NCBI GenBank assembly: GCA_051941275.1
Contig: JAVEBF010000037.1
Coordinates: forward strand, 1 to 41,805
Direction of reading: 5' to 3'
Length of the DNA stretch: 41,805 nucleotides
Source: Dirinaria sp. TL-2023a
Taxonomy: Eukaryota
Shown: positions 39,451-41,805 of the stretch, piece by piece
Layout of the letters: every line of letters begins with the position of its first letter
Position numbering within the stretch: the stretch's first letter is position 1
Position numbers and translations under genes: made by a program
The notes under the pieces: generated by a model
What the model was told of the DNA's origin: nothing
What the model saw: only the letters and a program-made list of their open reading frames with translations
Database searches by the model: none

Positions 39451-40497
39451 ATGAAGCCCTCACATTTGGTCCACTTGGCTATTTCCTGTCTTCTATCAAC
39501 GGCGTCTCTTATCAAAGAACTACCCTCAACTGGTCAAGAACTCGCACTATTGGAACGGTCTACTCACACTTCAGTCGCGGTCATACACCAGTTTCCCCAC
39601 AATACCTGGATTGAAAACCTAGCCATTCGGCCCAATGGTCAAGTTCTTGTGACGACTCTGACGTCTCCTGACCTTTACCTCATTGATCCATTCCGTGCTG
39701 GACGCTCAGTTCTCGTACACAGCTTCTCGGACCATCTCTGTCTACTGGGAATCGCGGAGCTCCAGCCAGACGTCTTCTATGTAATAACCGGTAATTACTC
39801 TCAGCGGACCAATGCCAATCCTTCAGGCGCGTGGGATGTTTACAGCGTTGACATGAGGGCTCCGCAGCCTAAAATCGGCCTTTCAGGGCACTTTCCAGAT
39901 GCAATTCTTCTGAACGGCATGGCAGTTCTGAATTCCCGCGCCGGCTTTTTGCTTATTGGAGATGCTGGAGCAGGTATTGTCTACCGTCTAAATGTACATA
40001 CTGGCGCCATCGCAGTCGTCTTGGACGATCCCCTTATGAAGCCTCCGAGGGGTGGTCCTGTCGGCATAGACGGGCTTCAAATTCGCCACAGCCAGCTCTA
40101 TTGGACTAATGCTGGACAAGGTCTTCTAATCAAGACTCCGCTTTACGCAGATGGAAGAGCAGCCGGACCATCCACGATGCTCATGAAAGGCTTAGAAATG
40201 GACGACCTTGCGCTAGATACTACAGGCGATGCGTTTCTAGCTGTGACCTATCGCAACGAGATTGTCAAATGGTCGAGTGGTGGTGATCTTGGAGGTACGA
40301 ATACAGTGATTAGAACGTCACAGGGCAATTTGGTCGGACCTACGGCGTGTAAATTTGGTAGGACATTGCGAGATAGCCAGATGCTGTATGTTTCTACAAA
40401 TGGCGGCTTAAAAGCCGGCAACGGTTCACGGACGCCTGGCGGGACTTTATCAAGGGTTGATCTTGGATATTTGATGAATCTTCCGCGTACGTCATGA
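39451..40497 (+). CDS. Secreted six-bladed beta-propeller protein (SMP-30/gluconolactonase-like fold)
   Basis: Intronless 348 aa ORF with a hydrophobic N-terminal signal peptide. Blade motifs WIENLAIRPNG, LLNGMA, GIDGLQIR, DDLALD and GPTACKFGR...LYVSTNGG. Confidence 0.82.
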   Translation: MKPSHLVHLAISCLLSTASLIKELPSTGQELALLERSTHTSVAVIHQFPHNTWIENLAIRPNGQVLVTTLTSPDLYLIDPFRAGRSVLVHSFSDHLCLLGIAELQPDVFYVITGNYSQRTNANPSGAWDVYSVDMRAPQPKIGLSGHFPDAILLNGMAVLNSRAGFLLIGDAGAGIVYRLNVHTGAIAVVLDDPLMKPPRGGPVGIDGLQIRHSQLYWTNAGQGLLIKTPLYADGRAAGPSTMLMKGLEMDDLALDTTGDAFLAVTYRNEIVKWSSGGDLGGTNTVIRTSQGNLVGPTACKFGRTLRDSQMLYVSTNGGLKAGNGSRTPGGTLSRVDLGYLMNLPRTS

Positions 40498-40795
40498 GAG
40501 GAAAGGTACGCCGCAGCAGAATAGGGCGGGATGTATAGGCGGGTTCGTAAGTGAGACTTAGACATATGTTATAAAATTGATCGCATTTGATACTCGGCAT
40601 TTGCACCCTATTATTCGTATGGATTGCTCACATCTGCGTGACAATACTACAATGATGTAATATTTTGCTGAGATCGTATAACAATATCACAACAACGCCA
40701 CGTTATAGAATCTGTCACAAAAAAAGTGGGGGGTGAGAGACGTGTATGGACTTCGACATATAAGCAATCACTTTTGTCTTTATTTAATCGTCTGA

Positions 40796-40815
40796 TTTTT
40801 TTTTTTTTTTTTTTT
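40796..40815. repeat. Poly-T tract (~20 nt)
   Basis: Read directly. Confidence 0.9.
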
Positions 40816-41314
40816 GGATGATGCGATCAGAATAGCAAAGACAGTGTTCCTGGCTGTAAATCAGCCAGTCAAAGGTAACAGTGTTTGCTAGCTTACCTGG
40901 GTGAAAAGACGACGGCCAACTGAAATAAGTAATTAGAATCTTGCCTATGCGCCCGCAGGTGTAAGAACAGACGTCGTCAAGGCCAGGAGACGTTGTATGG
41001 ATAGCTAGTAAGTGTTAATTGTTTGCTAAGGAAGATAACTTAGCTATGAGAGCGAGAATACTTAAGTATAACATCTTGCTCTCTCTTGATAAACTGTTGC
41101 GTAGCAACGTCCAAAAGGTGGGAGAACGAATGCGTAGAAGTCTGGACTGCTAAAGTCCAAAAGGACTGCCTATTAAATACCATGGTACTAACTAGTCTAC
41201 ATACAGCATAGTGCTAGACGGTTTAAAAGGGCAGTCGTCAAAAGAGAAGTCACCGCAGTTCTACGATTTTCTAACATGATAGATCTTCTATTAATATGCT
41301 ATCATACTCTGCTA

Positions 41315-41805
41315 TGTCGTAACAATCTGCTCGAAACAAAAAAAATAAAATGTCGTTCTCGACATCAATTTCGAAATCTGAAAAATCGACGAGAAAATAC
41401 AACGATGATGTCAGAACCTCAACTCTAGTCATTAGATAGATTTTATTCAGAGAAAATCTTGACAACAATGATAACTATCAAAAAAATAACTAATCAAGTC
41501 AGCGACTTAATTGTTTATTTTACGACTTATGTTTAGAGTCGTAACACTTCCTCTCTTTATGAAAATCGCGTTTCGCGATAAGCTAATTAGAGCGAGTTAT
41601 GACGCACATTTCAAAAAAGAATCTCAATATTGTTGACAGAGAATAGTAATCGTCTCGAGTTTATTTAAATAAACTCTCAGTCGCAGATTCTCGTCGAAAA
41701 ACAACTCTTTAAGCGTTTGAGCTAAGAATCGAATTCAGAATTTTGCGATCGTGTTGACTTAATTTAATATCGAAATCTCAACTTTAGATTATATAAATTT
41801 TACTC
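41315..41805 (-). mobile_element. Degenerate LTR retrotransposon (probably Gypsy-like): 3' LTR, PPT and end of the internal region, running off the window edge
   Basis: On the minus strand a purine tract AAAGAGAGGAAG (41558-41547) directly abuts TGTTACGAC (41546-41538), the PPT/LTR junction layout. It is preceded by the small hairpin TCGCGAAACGCGA. The putative far LTR end is ...GTTACGACA at 41315, but this boundary is uncertain. The region is AT-rich with no long ORF. Confidence 0.62.

Overview
Filamentous ascomycete (Pezizomycotina) nuclear DNA. Positions ~1.2-40.5 kb hold 12 protein-coding genes, 11 of them spliced, with exon structures rebuilt by hand from GT-AG introns. In order they are importin-beta1, APC4, coatomer delta, an acidic Rmr1/DUF2420-like protein, a NIPA-type Mg transporter, a Sac2/INPP5F-like phosphoinositide phosphatase, class II cAMP phosphodiesterase, SSH4, UCH37, a Zn2Cys6 transcription factor, transportin and an intronless secreted beta-propeller protein. 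The last ~550 bp appear to be the 3' end of a degenerate LTR retrotransposon. Its mutation signature is unusual: CC/GG is almost absent while CpG and CpA/TpG persist, which suggests a non-canonical CpC->TpC RIP-like genome defence. Intergenic DNA carries two recurrent candidate cis-elements, the TACATGTA palindrome and TACCTT/AAGGTA clusters. No rRNA, tRNA or CRISPR was found. All gene names come from recognition of sequence motifs, not from database searches.
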